From NCBI RefSeq assembly GCF_963921235.1, contig NC_086108.1, forward strand, positions 64,358,001-64,422,000: 64,000 nucleotides of DNA, written 5' to 3'. The notes under the pieces were generated by a model. It ran no database searches and had not been told where the DNA came from. It worked only from the letters and a program-made list of their open reading frames with translations. Source of the DNA: Mobula hypostoma. Its lineage: Eukaryota. This document shows, piece by piece, positions 12,001 through 24,946 of the stretch (the stretch's first letter is position 1; the number at the start of each line of letters is the position of its first letter). Position numbers and translations under genes: made by a program.

Positions 12001-14589
12001 CAAGGTGACTGGTTTAGAAACTATACTATTAGTTAAGACACTGGCTATTGGATTTGTATATAAAATCTGAATCCATTTAAGGAAGTTCTTTCCAAATCCA
12101 AATCTAGGCAATACATTAAATAAATATCGCCATTTTATTCTACCAAAGGCCTGCTGAGCATCCAGTGATAATACTGCTGTATCTTTAGCGTCAAATTTTT
12201 CATGAATTATGTTAAGAACTCTTCTAATATTATGGAATCCTTGGCATTTTTGCACAAAACCATTCCGATCATTAGGAACTAGATGTGGGATATAAGGATC
12301 TAATCTTCTTGCTAAGGCTTTACAAGGTATTTTTGTGTCCGATCCAATTAGACTTATCGGTCCAAATGAGGAACATTCTGTAGGCGGTTTGCCTGGTTTC
12401 AAGATCAGCGTTATCATTGCCAGCCTTAAAGAGGGTGGGAGAGTTCCATTCCCATAAGGTTCATCATACATATTTAAGAGTGGGACTAGTAATTTTTCTT
12501 GAAATGTTTTGTAGAATTCAATTGGTAGGCCATCAGGCCCTGGCGCTTTACCATAGTTAATATTTTGGATAACCTGTGATAACTCTTCAATTGTTATACC
12601 TCTATCTAACTCCTTTTTTGCATCTTCTGTCAGTGTCTGGAATTGAAACTGATCAAGAAATTTGTCCCGTTCTTCTGAGGCTTGGGGGCATTCTGATCTA
12701 TATAAATGTTCATAAAATTCTCTAGAACTGTTATTAATTTCCAATGGGTCTACTGTTAGGCTTCCTGAAGAGATTATAATACTGTTAATTGCTCTATCAG
12801 ACTGTATTTTTTTAGATTCTCAATGCCAAAAGTTTCCCAGCTTTTTCTCCTTGATCGTAATAAGATTGCTTCAGCCACATTAAACATTTTGCAGCTTTAT
12901 CAGCAGATAATTTATTATATTTGGCTCTCGAAAGTAGTAGATCTCTTTGTTTTGTTGGATCATCCCTTTCATTTAGTTCTATTTCTAAAGATTTAATTTG
13001 TTTTTCCAAAGTTTACATCTCTATTTTTTGGTGTTTGGCCTTGGAGCTTGTATAACTGATGATTTCTCCTCTAATATATGCCTTGAACGCCTCCATCTTG
13101 TGCTGGCATTAGTTTGATCTGTATTTAACTCAAAATAACTATCTATTTTAGTTCCCACAAGTCTGGGTTTTGTAGCCATCTCACCTGAAATCGCCAGTTA
13201 GGGGGACTGTGAATAAATTTCTCTATATGAATATTTAATAAAATAGCAGCATAGTCGTTTATTACTGTGCTATCATACGAGCAACTTTTAATCTTTTATA
13301 AAAGCTCTCTTGAGATAAGAAAATAATCAATATGAGAATGAGATTTACATGTACTTGAATAACAAGAGTATTCTATTTTGCCAGGGTTTTGTTCTCTCCA
13401 TACTTCAACCAAATTTATATCCACAATGTATTGTTTTAGTAGTTTCCTAGTTTGTGCCTTATAGGTATCACAGCTTGTAGAGCGATCCATTGCTGGGTTT
13501 AAAGTACAATTAAAGTCTCCTCCAATGATATGAAAGCCTCATAAAGTGGACATAGTTAAGAAAAAATCTTCAAAAAATTTAGGATTATCCTCATTTGGAC
13601 CATATAGACTGACTAGGTTTAATGTGAAAGAAAGGATATTACCTCGCGTAATAACATACCTTCCAGCTGAGTCTTGGATTGTTTTCATAATTTGAAGTGG
13701 TATCATTCTATGAATAAGAATAAGTACACCTCTAGCATAGTTGTTGTATATTGCATATATTACTTGGTCAGGCCACCTATTCCATACCAATTTAATATCT
13801 GAGACTGTCAGATGGGTTTCTTGAAGAAAAATTATTTTGGACTTTAGCTGTTTGATCCTATTTATAACCTGTTTCAATTTGGTTAACTTCTTTAGTCCCC
13901 TAACATTCCAGCTTGTGACTTTTATATTAAAGATATTCTGAGTGTTCGTTTGTTCCATGTATACTACATGTCAATTATACCAGGGAAAGGAGTAAGAAAT
14001 ATTACTGCTGTGTCGGGTGCATGACATACATAAAGAAAAACAAAAAACACATATACATTTACACGTAGAGACATTTGAACTCTTGAATTCCCCTTCCCTT
14101 ACTCAGAACAAAAAAGCTATAGGGCTTGTGTTGATCCACTCTATGGAGGAGCAGCTAAACTATGCGAACCTAACTCCATAGGCAACTAGTGGTGTCCATC
14201 AACCATGCACCTTATTATATCTTGAACATAACATACTCAACCCACTTAGCATAAAAATAAAATCAAAGTAGCCACTGAACTGTATGCCAGTATTACCTAT
14301 TATAAATGTTCAATCAGGTCCATGGAGCTCCATCTCAATAGAATTAAGGGTTCAACAAACAAAAATGTTATAAATAATAAAAATAGGCAAAATAATAAAG
14401 CTATTCTGACGGCATAAACAACCTCTTAAATACAGTATCTTTTCAAGAATAGAATAAAAGAGGCTAAAGTGGCAGTTCCAGTAAAAAATAAAGGAAGAAA
14501 AAAAAACGCTGTCTTCTGGGACTCATTGTAGGCTTATACCTGTTAAGCAGTCAGTATCAGCTGATTCTCATGGGTATGGAAGTAAACAA

Positions 14590-15480
14590 ATCTCAACACT
14601 GCCTTATCAGACCCCTAAGGTGTGTCCTCAATGGAAATCTTCCTCCTCTTTTGGTGATAAAAACAGGTGCATTTTCCCACTGTGAAGTACCCTCACCTTG
14701 CATGGATTATGTTGAAATCCACCGAAAATTCCTGTTTCGACAAAAACTCTTCTGGCCGTGTTGAACTCATTTCACTATCGCACGGTATCAGCTGAGAGGT
14801 CCTGAGTGAAGAAAAGCTTGTTTCCCTCATACGTAATATTACGCTGTTTAGTGGAGCGGAAAACAAACTACTGATCTTGAAATTTCAGGAACCGAATGAG
14901 AACTGCTCTGTTCTGGTTTGATTTCGGTGGTGCTAGAGTTCAGTGAACTCTTTCTAGGATGAATGAACTGTCAGTGTCCAGCTCCAGCCAGCGTGGTAGC
15001 ATATTTTGTATGAACTCCAGCAGTGGTTGGTTTCCTTTAGCGCCCTCCCAGAGGCCGAACAACTGCAAGTTTTTCCTTCGACTCCGATTCTCCAGGTCTT
15101 CAGTCTTGGATTCCTGGTAGGCGATTCGTTTAATGGCATTGGTTAGACCAGTCTTATTCTTTTCCAGGTGCTCCTCTGCCATCATTATTCGATTTTCAGC
15201 TTCTTCCATCCGTGTGGTATTAGAAGCAAGATTTTGCTTCACCTCCAGCATATTGTTTTCCAAGGCAACGATAGAGCTGGCCATCTTACCCAGGTGATCA
15301 TCTATGCTGTCCAGTTTGGATCCAAACTCAGAGCGAATTTCAATTAGCACTGCCATTAGCTCTGCCATGTTACTAGTAGCTCCCTAGTCTTGCTCTGGTC
15401 TTGGTCCTTGAGTGTTGATTTTTGGGTTTTGGGAGCCACGTCTTCAGGAGCAAATATCACAGTCCTTGATTGTAGTCATT
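14590..15480 (-). pseudogene. L1 ORF1 (RNA-binding coiled-coil protein), disrupted
   Basis: ORF 14940-15368 has a heptad coiled coil and the ENRSRRKNLQLFGL...ILERVH motif. It continues through stops. Confidence 0.85.
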
Positions 15481-15679
15481 TTTGACACAGTCTAAGTTCA
15501 GTTGGTATTAACTTAGGGTTTTAAAGCTGTTTAGTGCAAGGTTGTATGGAGCCTCCACGTTAAGCTGCCATCTTGGTTCATGGCTCCATAGTGTCACCTG
15601 TTCGCATCCAGGCAATGACAATGCATCTCAACAATATACACAGTATATTATATAATGCTACTACTATATACAGACTCCA

Positions 15680-17049
15680 GAAGTGAATAGCAAATTAATA
15701 AAAATGGAATTGGACACTGATTCAGTTGTTTCAGTCATTCCACAAAATGACTTTGAATGGCATTTCAAAGATACTAAACTGAAGCCTGAAGATATCCAAC
15801 TAAGAACTTACACTGGAGAAAAGATTACTCCTGTGGGAAGACATCCGTAACTGTGAAATACATCAACCAACAAGACACATTGAGCTTGTATGTGGTAAAA
15901 ACAGAAGGACTAGCATTGTGGGGGCGTGATTGGCTGAGACAACTACAACTTAAATGGAGATCCATCCAGAATTTAATGCCACGTCCCCTGCAACGAAGCC
16001 AACTGAGAGCAAATTAAGAAACGTACGGAATGATGACGCAATTATCTCCATGCCAAACACCATGAACAGTTGCACAACAGAGGACAAACAGATGTTGGTG
16101 CCAACTTCTGTGCCTCTGATTGGAAAGCATATTGCACCAAGAAAGGTCAGAGGAAGCGTGAAAGTGACAAAAGGGAAATAACCAATTTCCCCTGGGATCA
16201 ATAAAGTATGACTATGACTATGACTAAAAGCAGTAGTCTGAGTACAACAGTTTTTGTAAGCAATATAGAGCATCTGAGAAAGCTTCTGATATGTTAATTG
16301 GGCAGTGACGTAAAATGTGGCTTGGTTTTAAGCTGGAAGAGAGTGCAAGAAGTTTTAGGAAAGTTGCAAACTTTCTGCTTTTGTGAGTATAAGGAACCAG
16401 AATCTACTCTGCGTGCATAAAGGTTGTATGAACTTCAAGTGGGAGACAAAAAGCTGCTTGTAAAAGTACATGCAAAGACGAAAGCCCAGGCAGGTGAATG
16501 GAAGGCCAAAAAGAAAGGAGTCAATGGAGTTACAAAAACAGAAGATTTGTCAGATGATGTTGTGGATGAGGAAACCAAGAGGAGAGATCAGATTATAAAG
16601 GGAGCAATAGAAGGATTAATAAGAGAATACTCCAGTGAACTATATGCAACTTCCAAAGATCAAGGTGCCCAAACTACTAGAAAAAGGAGAGAAAGAATGT
16701 GAATGAGAGAGAGAATAGTGTGAAAGAGAGAAGGAACATGAGAAAGATAAAGAAAGGAATTGAAGTATATCTAGAGAGAGAAAAGGAAGAAGAAAGGTGG
16801 TTACCACTGTCAGAACTACTTCTTGCAGTCTCAGAGCCAGCTCCTACAACCACCACGGAGGAGGCCAAAGAACATGAGAATATTTCACAGCAACAAGTGA
16901 GAAAGACGTTAGCCCACAAGAGTAAGGAATCCTACACAGCAATTAAATCTTTAGGTCTGAATGGGATAACTTAAAATGTACTATGCTGTGGATGTCTGTG
17001 TATAATAGTTGCATTATATAGTACACTTTGTATATTGTTGAGATGTATT
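15680..17049 (+). mobile_element. Rearranged Gypsy internal relic (protease, and post-integrase 3' region)
   Basis: 15700-16030 encodes KMELDTDSVVSVI...LRTYTGEKITPVG and ALWGRDWL (retropepsin). 16790-16950 resembles a pol C-terminus (R.RNP..QLNL*). Confidence 0.7.
16160..16226 (+). mobile_element. Rex-type LINE 3' tail
   Basis: accaatttcccctgggatcaataaagt(atgact)n is essentially the same as 10790-10828. Confidence 0.8.
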
Positions 17050-17228
17050 GTCATTGCCTGGATGTAACCCTCAAAATTTGTCAGCTGGTTTTCAAAGTTG
17101 ACGTTTCAAGCCAGGACTCCAACGTTTGCTTGTCCCAGTTCAACTGACATTTCAAATCCTCAAGTTTTAAATAATATTCTCCATAATATTTCCCTTCTGG
17201 AAAGATGTTATCCCATTCTTGTCAACAA

Positions 17229-17465
17229 TGTTATGTTTTGTAACTTCAAAACATAATGGAGCCATGGAAGTCTGGGAATATGGATGTGGTTTGAATTTAC
17301 TTTAAGCGAGGTGTGCACATAACATGTGGTAGTGTGATGATGTATGCAATTAATGCATTATTACATTAAAATCCCTAATTAATTATTCAAAGGAACAAGG
17401 CTATTTCATCAAACAATATATATATATATACAAGATTACTCAATTATTGCAATATTAAGTACATA
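17229..17465 (-). mobile_element. Degenerate Gypsy-type LTR
   Basis: It starts tgttatgttttgtaacttcaaaac and contains tttactttaagcgagg. It lies next to the Gypsy relic. The family is recognised from memory only. Confidence 0.45.
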
Positions 17466-17569
17466 TGTCCTCTCAGATTTTTTTCTTTGCAATTGATGGT
17501 CATGTTATGTGTCTTTATAAATTAGTTTGTGATTTTTTTCTACATTTCAGAATTCCATAGGAGGTTGTG

Positions 17570-17641
17570 ATGATTGCTATTAGATGGTTTATGTTGCTGT
17601 TATTTATGGTACTTTTTGACTTTAGGGCCCAAATCTGGGCT
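17570..17641 (+). CDS. Candidate signal-peptide exon (MIAIRWFMLLLFMVLFDFRAQIWA)
   Basis: Acceptor ttttttctacatttcag ends at 17550, ATG at 17570, donor GCT|gtgagt at 17642. The peptide has a basic n-region, a hydrophobic core and a terminal Ala. Confidence 0.35.
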
Positions 17642-18049
17642 GTGAGTGAAAACCCTAATCGATGTAATAGGAGATCATCCTTACCCCATTTCAAAGTCAA
17701 TCAATAAGACCTTCACTATGATTGGCTACTCAAGATCACGTTTGATTATCGTTCAAAACAAAATGAATGCTTGTAAAGGAAAACTTTAAAAAGATGAAGG
17801 GAGATAGCAATATGAAAAGGCAAAGCAGCACCAGCATTTACACTGGAGGTCTTTGTTTAAGTTTAGGTTGATGTATCTTTTGAAAAGTCCCCAAATATGA
17901 AGTCAATATGAGTTCTTGATTCTGTTTACTTTGTTTGTAGCCATTGGATATGAGTCAAAGCACACTTCAGCTTCACCTTGTCTGTTTAAGTTCCCAACCT
18001 TATTTCCAACATGTCTAATCTGTACCTGGGTGAGGTAAATGCAGAACTG

Positions 18050-18790
18050 CATTGCAGAACTGGTCATGCGTTTAACTGATCTATTCCAATAGAGCCACAG
18101 TATAGGCATCTCCCCAACAATGTGGAAAAACTGCCTAGCAGTTTCCTATTCTCAAAAGCTGGGCAAATCAATCTGGCCAGTTAATACCCCATCAGTTTAT
18201 TCTCAATCATCAAAGTGATAGGAAGTGCTGTTGAAGTACAATCAATGAACTGACAAATAACCTTCTCACCAGTGCCCATTTTGGGTTTCACCAGGAACTA
18301 CTTGATTCCACTTCTCATCAAAACCTTGTTTCAAGCATTGACTAAAGAGCAGAATTCCCAAAGAAGACATGAGAGTGACTACCTTTAATTTCAAGGCAGC
18401 ATCTTAATGAGTGAGACATCAATAACCCCTGGTAAAACTGAAGTGAATGGGCATCAAGAGGAAAATTTTTCAGAGGTTGTAGTCACACATCACTGATCGT
18501 TAGGAAATGGTTGTGATTGTAGAGTTTGATTACCCCAAGCCCTGGATACCAGTGAAGCAATTACTCCAAGCAGCGAGCTTGGCTCAATCAAATTCAGCTA
18601 CTTCTTCAATGATCTTCCTGCCATCATATGATCAGAAGCAGGAATGTTTGTGGTAACTGAAAAATTTCAATTCCACATACGAACTCAGAAATGGAGCAAA
18701 CTGTGCCTATATGCAGCAAGACCTAGACAATATTATGGGCTAGTATGTGGCATCACAAAAGTGCCAGGCATTGATAATTTCCAACAAGGA
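18050..18790 (+). mobile_element. Old CR1/L2-group LINE RT remnant
   Basis: Decayed RT motifs (PTMWK, PISLFSII, QFGF, KAA, FNDLP) with many indels. Confidence 0.6.
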
Positions 18791-18799
18791 AAGCCTAAC

Positions 18800-21700
18800 C
18801 ATAAAAGAAATAGAATTAAGAGTTAGCTATTCAGCTCATCAACCCTTGCTCTGCCATTCAAAAAGATCAAGAGTGAAAATTTTCTCATTTCCAGTTTGCT
18901 GCTCAACTACTTATTACTTGGTTCCCTTCATTTCCAAAAAAAATCTCTTGAATGTTCTCAGTGACTGAACCTCAAAGAGCATTGGGTAGAAAATTCCTAA
19001 AATTCCATTCACTCTGAAGTCTAGCAATCCTACAAGTTACATTTTTATAACTACTTTCTCAATCTGTCCAGTCACTTCCAATAACTTACATATCTACCAT
19101 AGATCTTGGATTGTAATAGACCTTTCCAAATTGTTCTCTTTGCTTTATATAACCTTCCTTTGTATTTTCTACATGTAGCACTTTTGGTATTAGATTTCAC
19201 CTGCCATTAATCCACTCATTCCACCATGTAGTTCATTTCCTCTTGAAGTCCATTACTGTAGAGTCATTCATGAAGTCATTGAGATATACAGCACTGTCCT
19301 TTAACCCAACTTGTCCAAAATGATCATGAGAACCATTTATGCTAATCCCATTTGCCTCCAATAAGCCACTATCTCTCACTGCCTTTGCTGTTCAAGTACC
19401 TGTCCAAACACCTTATAAATGTTTTAATTGCATATGCCACTACTGGCAGCTTGTTTCACCACCCTCTGTAAGTCAAAATCTTGCCCCTCAGATCTGCTTT
19501 AACTTTATTAAACTTTATTCCATTTCTCTTTAAACCTATGGTATGGAGTTTAAGCTCCCCTACCCTGGGAATAAAGATTTTGACTATCCACTTTATTTAT
19601 GCCCCTCATAATTTTATGTACATCTAGATTTTTTAATTTGATTTAGAGATACAGCACAGTACCAGACTCTTCCGGCCCAACGAGCCCACGTCATCCAGTT
19701 ATACCCATGACCAATTAAGCTGCATGCCTTTGAAATGTGGGAGGAAGCCAGAGCACCCAGAAGAAACCCACACAGTCATGGGGAGAAAGTACAAACTACT
19801 ACAGACAGCAGCAGGAATTGAAAATCAGTCGCTAATGTTATGGCTATGTTCTAACAGCTACATGACCACAATGCCCACTAACCACTTACTACGTGGTCAC
19901 CACTCACCCTCCTACACTCCAGTAAGAACAAACTCAGTTTATGCATTATTTCCTTTAACAAAAGCCCTTCATTCCAGCCATCTTACTGGTTAACACACAC
20001 AAATTGCTGGGGGAACGCAGCAGGCCAGGCAGCATCTATGGAAAAAAGTATTGTTGACGTTTCGGGCCAAGACCATTCGGCAGGAGCCAGCGCTACCAGA
20101 TCCTTCTTGTTGTGCAGCAACCAGAACTGTACACAACTCTATAAATACAATCTATGAAGACGAGCATGATAAATATGTTTCTTTACTACCCTGTCCACCT
20201 ATGTCACGATTTTCAGGGAACTCACACCCAGACCTTTCTATAAATCTACAGTCCTGAGGTCCTCGCCATTTACGGTTTCTGTTCAGTTAGTATCAGACTT
20301 CTCCAAATGTATTACCTCACACTCATCTGGACTAACTTCTATCTACCTCCACTCAGACCAACATTTCATCTGATCTATGTCCCTATGTACCTTCAGTCAA
20401 CCTTCTTTGCTACGTACTCCACCAGTTTCTGTGTCATTTGCAAACTTAGTAATCACTCTCATCCAAGTCATGGACATATATGACAAAAAAACAAAGGTCC
20501 CAGCACTGTCCTCTGTGGTACGTCACTAGTTACAAATCTCTTGTCAAGGAACAACCTTCCACCACTATCTTCTGCCTCCTATCAGCAGTTCTTTTTGGAT
20601 CAAGTTTGCCAATACCCCTCGGCCATGCATTTAAACTTCTGAATCAGCCTATTGTGCAGGGCATTGTCAAAATCCTTGCTAAAATCTACGTATGCTCTGT
20701 TTACCACTATACCTTCCTTTATTTTCTAAGTTATGACCTCAACGTATGTGAGACTGCATTTCCCCTGCAGACACCTATGCTGATGCCCATTAATTAGTCT
20801 CAATACCCATGTGAACATGAAACTTCGTCCCTTAGAATTTTTCCAATAGTTTTGCTACTATAGATATAAGGGTCACTATTATCGATTATCCCCACTGGCC
20901 TTTTCGAATAAGGGAACAACATTTGCTGTCCTCCAGTTCCCATCAGTTCTCATCATTTGTAAGGCGAATACAAATGCAAAAATTTTCATCAGAGCCTCAT
21001 CAATTTCCTTCTTTGTTTACCTTTGCACCCTAAGATAAACCTCATCCAGACCTGGGGATTTAGCCACCTTAATCTATGCCAATATCTTTCACAATTCAAA
21101 GTTCAAAGTAAGTTTATTATCGAAGTACATATATGTCACCATATACAACCCTGAGATTCATTTTCTTCAGTAAGTCCAAGAAACAAAGTAGAATCACCTA
21201 ATTTTAGCAGTAAACCAATGTGCAAAAGACAACAAATTGTGCAAATATAACAAAGAAAACATAATAATAATAATAATAAATGAATAAATATCAAGAACAT
21301 GAGATGAAGAGTCCTTGAAAATAAGTACATAGGTTGTGGGAATAGCTTAATGATGGTGCAAATGAAGTTGAGTGAAATTATCCCCACTAGTTCAAGAGTC
21401 TGATGGTTGAGAGGTAATAGCTGTTCCTGATCCTGGAGATGTGAGTCCTGAGATTGCTGTACTTCTTCCTAATGGCAGCAGTGAGAAGAGAGCATGACCT
21501 GAGTGAGGGGGGTCCCTGACGTTGGATGCTGCAACAGCATTCCATGTAGATATGCTAAATGTATGGGAGGGCATTACCCATGAAGGTCTGGGTTGTATCC
21601 ACTACTTTTTGTAGGATCGTCCATTCAAGGGCATTGGTGTTTCCGCACCCGTCTGTGATGTAACCAGTCAATATACTCTATATACTTCCTCTTCCAGATG

Positions 21701-22560
21701 CAAATATGTTCTAGAATATCAGCATATCCCTCCCTAATTATCCATGCTCCACATCCTTCTCTAAGGTGAATATACTCTTCATTATTTTCTCTGCTCCCAG
21801 GTTTTGTATTATTTGTAAACTTGGGATCATATATTAAAGCAATAATCCTAATGCAGACCTCTTGAGATCTTGCACTTTCCTTCAATCCAAGAAGTAATCT
21901 TTCATTGCGACTCTCTACAACTTTTACCTATCCAATTTTCTAAACACATCACGACAGCCTTGTTTATTTGCTAGCTTCACTCAAACCAAGAATGCAGGAT
22001 TTTATCAAAAGTCTCTTGAAGGGTCATTTACACATGAACAGTTTTTCTCACATTGACCCACTGGTACTTCGTCTAAAATCACCTTCATTTTTCATAAATA
22101 TGATTTATTTTTAATATTTCCATGTGAGTTTTAGATAATTAAGTAACTGCTAATTCTGTCATTGAGTATCATTTCTTAAAAGTTTCACCACTGAAATTAA
22201 ACTTACTGGCTTTGTTCTTGCAGGACACTTTTTCGAACTAGCTTGCAGCATTAATTTTTAGTCTTCAGGCAGCATCCTGTATCTACCCATGTTTTAAATT
22301 CTCAGCTAATTTCCTTCCTTCCTTCCCTTAACAATGATGATGCATTCGACTAGATGATATATTCACCTAAAGTACAGCCAGCCTTTCAAGCTCTCCGTCA
22401 TCTTTCCAGTACCTCTGCGATAACTTCCTGTATTGGAACTCCAGCAGCACCCTCTTCTCTGAGAAAGATTGATTTGAAGTACACATATAGTATTTTGGCT
22501 ATGTTCTCTGGCTCATGAATGGATCTCTATTTTGTACCCTGTTTGATCCCATCTCTCTGC
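18800..22560 (-). mobile_element. Patchwork of old CR1 remnants with embedded SINE (~19645-19880), PLE tail (~19993-20085) and Rex 3' end (~21095-21680)
   Basis: Similar to the reverse complements of younger copies elsewhere in the window. Confidence 0.6.
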
Positions 22561-23611
22561 TTCCTATCTTTTTGCTATGTTAGTACCAGAATATCTGGCG
22601 ACATTTGGAGCTGCCCCCCAGTGCATCCTCAGATTATGTTGATTGCTAATGCAAATGACGAATTTCACTGTATACTTCAATGTACATGTGGTTAATAAAT
22701 AAATCTAAACTAATTTAATCTAATCCTGTACACACAGCTACTGAAACATTTTGAATTCCTACACATTGTTTATTGCTGTTCTCTTGCCATATTTCTTTGC
22801 TCCTCATATGCTTTTTAATCCTCTATTTGAACATTCTATAACCAGCCAGGTTCCTACATACATTATTGAACTGGCATCTATTATAGTTTCAGAAAATCAG
22901 CCATTCCCTCTATCCTTTGTGATCATCTCTGATTTCATTCATCTCCTTGTAGTTACTCCTCTCTGGCCCTACCCTTTATCATTCACCAGCCTCTATCAGT
23001 CCTTCCAGCTAGCTCCAGGCTTTTGTCAAGGCTATCTCCAATCTAACTTTCACTCTAGCTGAAGGGTCTCAACCCAAAATGTCAACGGTACATTTCTCTC
23101 CATATATGCTGCCTGACCAGCCGGGTCCTTCCAGTGCTTTGTATATAGTTCCACGCTTGTTCAACCTCTTCTTGTCTCAGTTAATCATAGGCAACCCCTT
23201 TTATTAATTTGCCTGTCTGCTTTTTCTCTGCAATTGTAAACTTGTTTTATTCTATCTTCTCCCACTACAGATGAAAGTTAATTAATCTGAAATGTTAACT
23301 CTGTCTCTCTCTCTCTGAAGCTGTCTGACCAAATGAGTATTTTAAGCTTGCTTCTGTTTCTACATCTGTCAGAAACCTTGTTTTGCTTTTGTTCACTCTC
23401 CAAATCCTGGTTGTATTTCTTTGTTTTTCTACATTGTGGGAACATGCCTAAAATATACATTTCCTCCTTAAAATCGCTACTGTTCAATTGGTTTGCTTGC
23501 CAGCCTTTGGTTCCAATTTACCTGCATAGATCTGTTCTCATCCCATTTAAACTGGCCCTTCTCAAATATATCCCTTTTACTTTAAGCAGTTCATATCAGT
23601 TCCATAATTAT

Positions 23612-23885
23612 AGAAACACAGAAGCATAGAAAACCTACAGCACAATACAGGCCCTTCGGCGCACAATGCTGTGCCGAAAATGTACTTACTTTAGAAATTA
23701 CCTGGGTTTACCCATAGCCCTCTATTTTTCTAAGCTCCATGTACCTATCCAGGAATCTCTTAAAAGACTATAATATCTGCCTCCACCACCATTGCCGGCA
23801 GCCCATTCCATACACTCACCACTCTCTGCATAAAAAACTTACCCCTGACATCTGCTCTGTACCTACTTCCAAACATCTTAAAGAA
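23612..23885 (-). mobile_element. CR1 (HER1-like) 3' end
   Basis: Near-identical to 24947-25215 and 36862-37140, with a (catagaaa)-type tail. Confidence 0.85.
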
Positions 23886-24946
23886 ATCTAAACTCAGACT
23901 GGGAATAAGACAACCTGTGGATCACCAACAGCAAAATCAAAGAGAGTTAGGAACAAAATTTGGACATACATTCAAACGTACGCCCCTTACAGTAAATGTG
24001 ATGCAGCAGAGTTAGAGTGTTGTACCCTGGTACTGAACTTTCGAACTGTTTTTGTTCCACAGACTACCATAGGCTCTCTGGTATGATCGATCTTGGACAC
24101 CTTCTCAAGGGACATCCAGGGGTCAATATTAGACACCATAAAAGCCATAGCCCAAAAATAATTTTTAAAACCTTGCATGTATGGTGGGAAACAGCCAAAG
24201 CTAAACTACCCATTTAAAGTCTTGCAGGTACTTACCCAGGCAATTCCAAATCTTCCCCAACAAGGTGGACAAGTGCAGCCAGTGTAGTGGAACACCACCA
24301 CCTGCAGGTTCCCCTTCAAGTCACACACCATCCTGTCCTAGGAAAGAATGGCCATTCCTTCATTCACCGCAGGAGCAGGGTGGCGAAACTCCCTTGCCAA
24401 CTGCAATGACGTTCACTGGGTTTGTGGGTGTTTGAAAACACTAACTTCATTACTGAACTGCTGGCATTTCACAACTGGTTTTGGCCCACTGTTGAACAAG
24501 TTTCATTGTGTTATCTGTTGGTATAGCAGAGATTCTTTGCCCATGAATTATTCTTAGATAATGCAATGAAGGAAGTGGAAATTAAGAACATTTTTCAGTT
24601 AAATTAAACTTTAAATTAAATAATGTGGGAAAACTACTGAGTTGCTTGCCTGAGCAGGTTTGCTTTTCAAGGAATGGCAGTAGAGATGAATTCCAATAGT
24701 TCATTTCATAGTCTCAGTCCCTACAATCCTTCATAGCAAGAAGACACGTTTTACTACCAGGTTTCTTTAGCAGAGTCAGGACAATGATGGGATATCTACC
24801 CTCACTGATGCTGACTCACGAGTATGTCAGGTGGAAGTATGGATAGGATTTATCTCCCTAAAATGTGGGCAATATTTCAAAAAGGGAGGTGTATTGTCAC
24901 TACTGACTTTAAGCATGGTTTCAAGTAGCTTGGCAAGGATTTGGGA

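Larger units (their letters stand above)
8650..13958 (-). pseudogene. L1 ORF2 (endonuclease/RT), disrupted and interrupted
   Basis: Pieces at 13539-13958, 13296-13490, 12812-13009, 11950-12744, 11132-11953, 10963-11166, 9732-9935 and 8650-8790 are collinear L1 ORF2 segments. Confidence 0.9.
8502..15601 (-). mobile_element. Full-length degenerate L1-clade LINE
   Basis: Perfect 18-bp TSD tcgcatccaggcaatgac at 8484-8501 and 15602-15619. ORF1 has a coiled coil plus EDLENRSRRKN. ORF2 has APE (SWNVRGL, FLQETHL, GGDFN, SHIDYF), RT (GKAPGPDG, SLDAQQAF) and a C-terminal CCHC (CFKC...HCVWDC). Confidence 0.93.

Noticed and set aside
16424..16974. Lys/Glu-rich ORFs
   Set aside because: Purine-rich sequence within a rearranged TE relic, with no splice or homology support.
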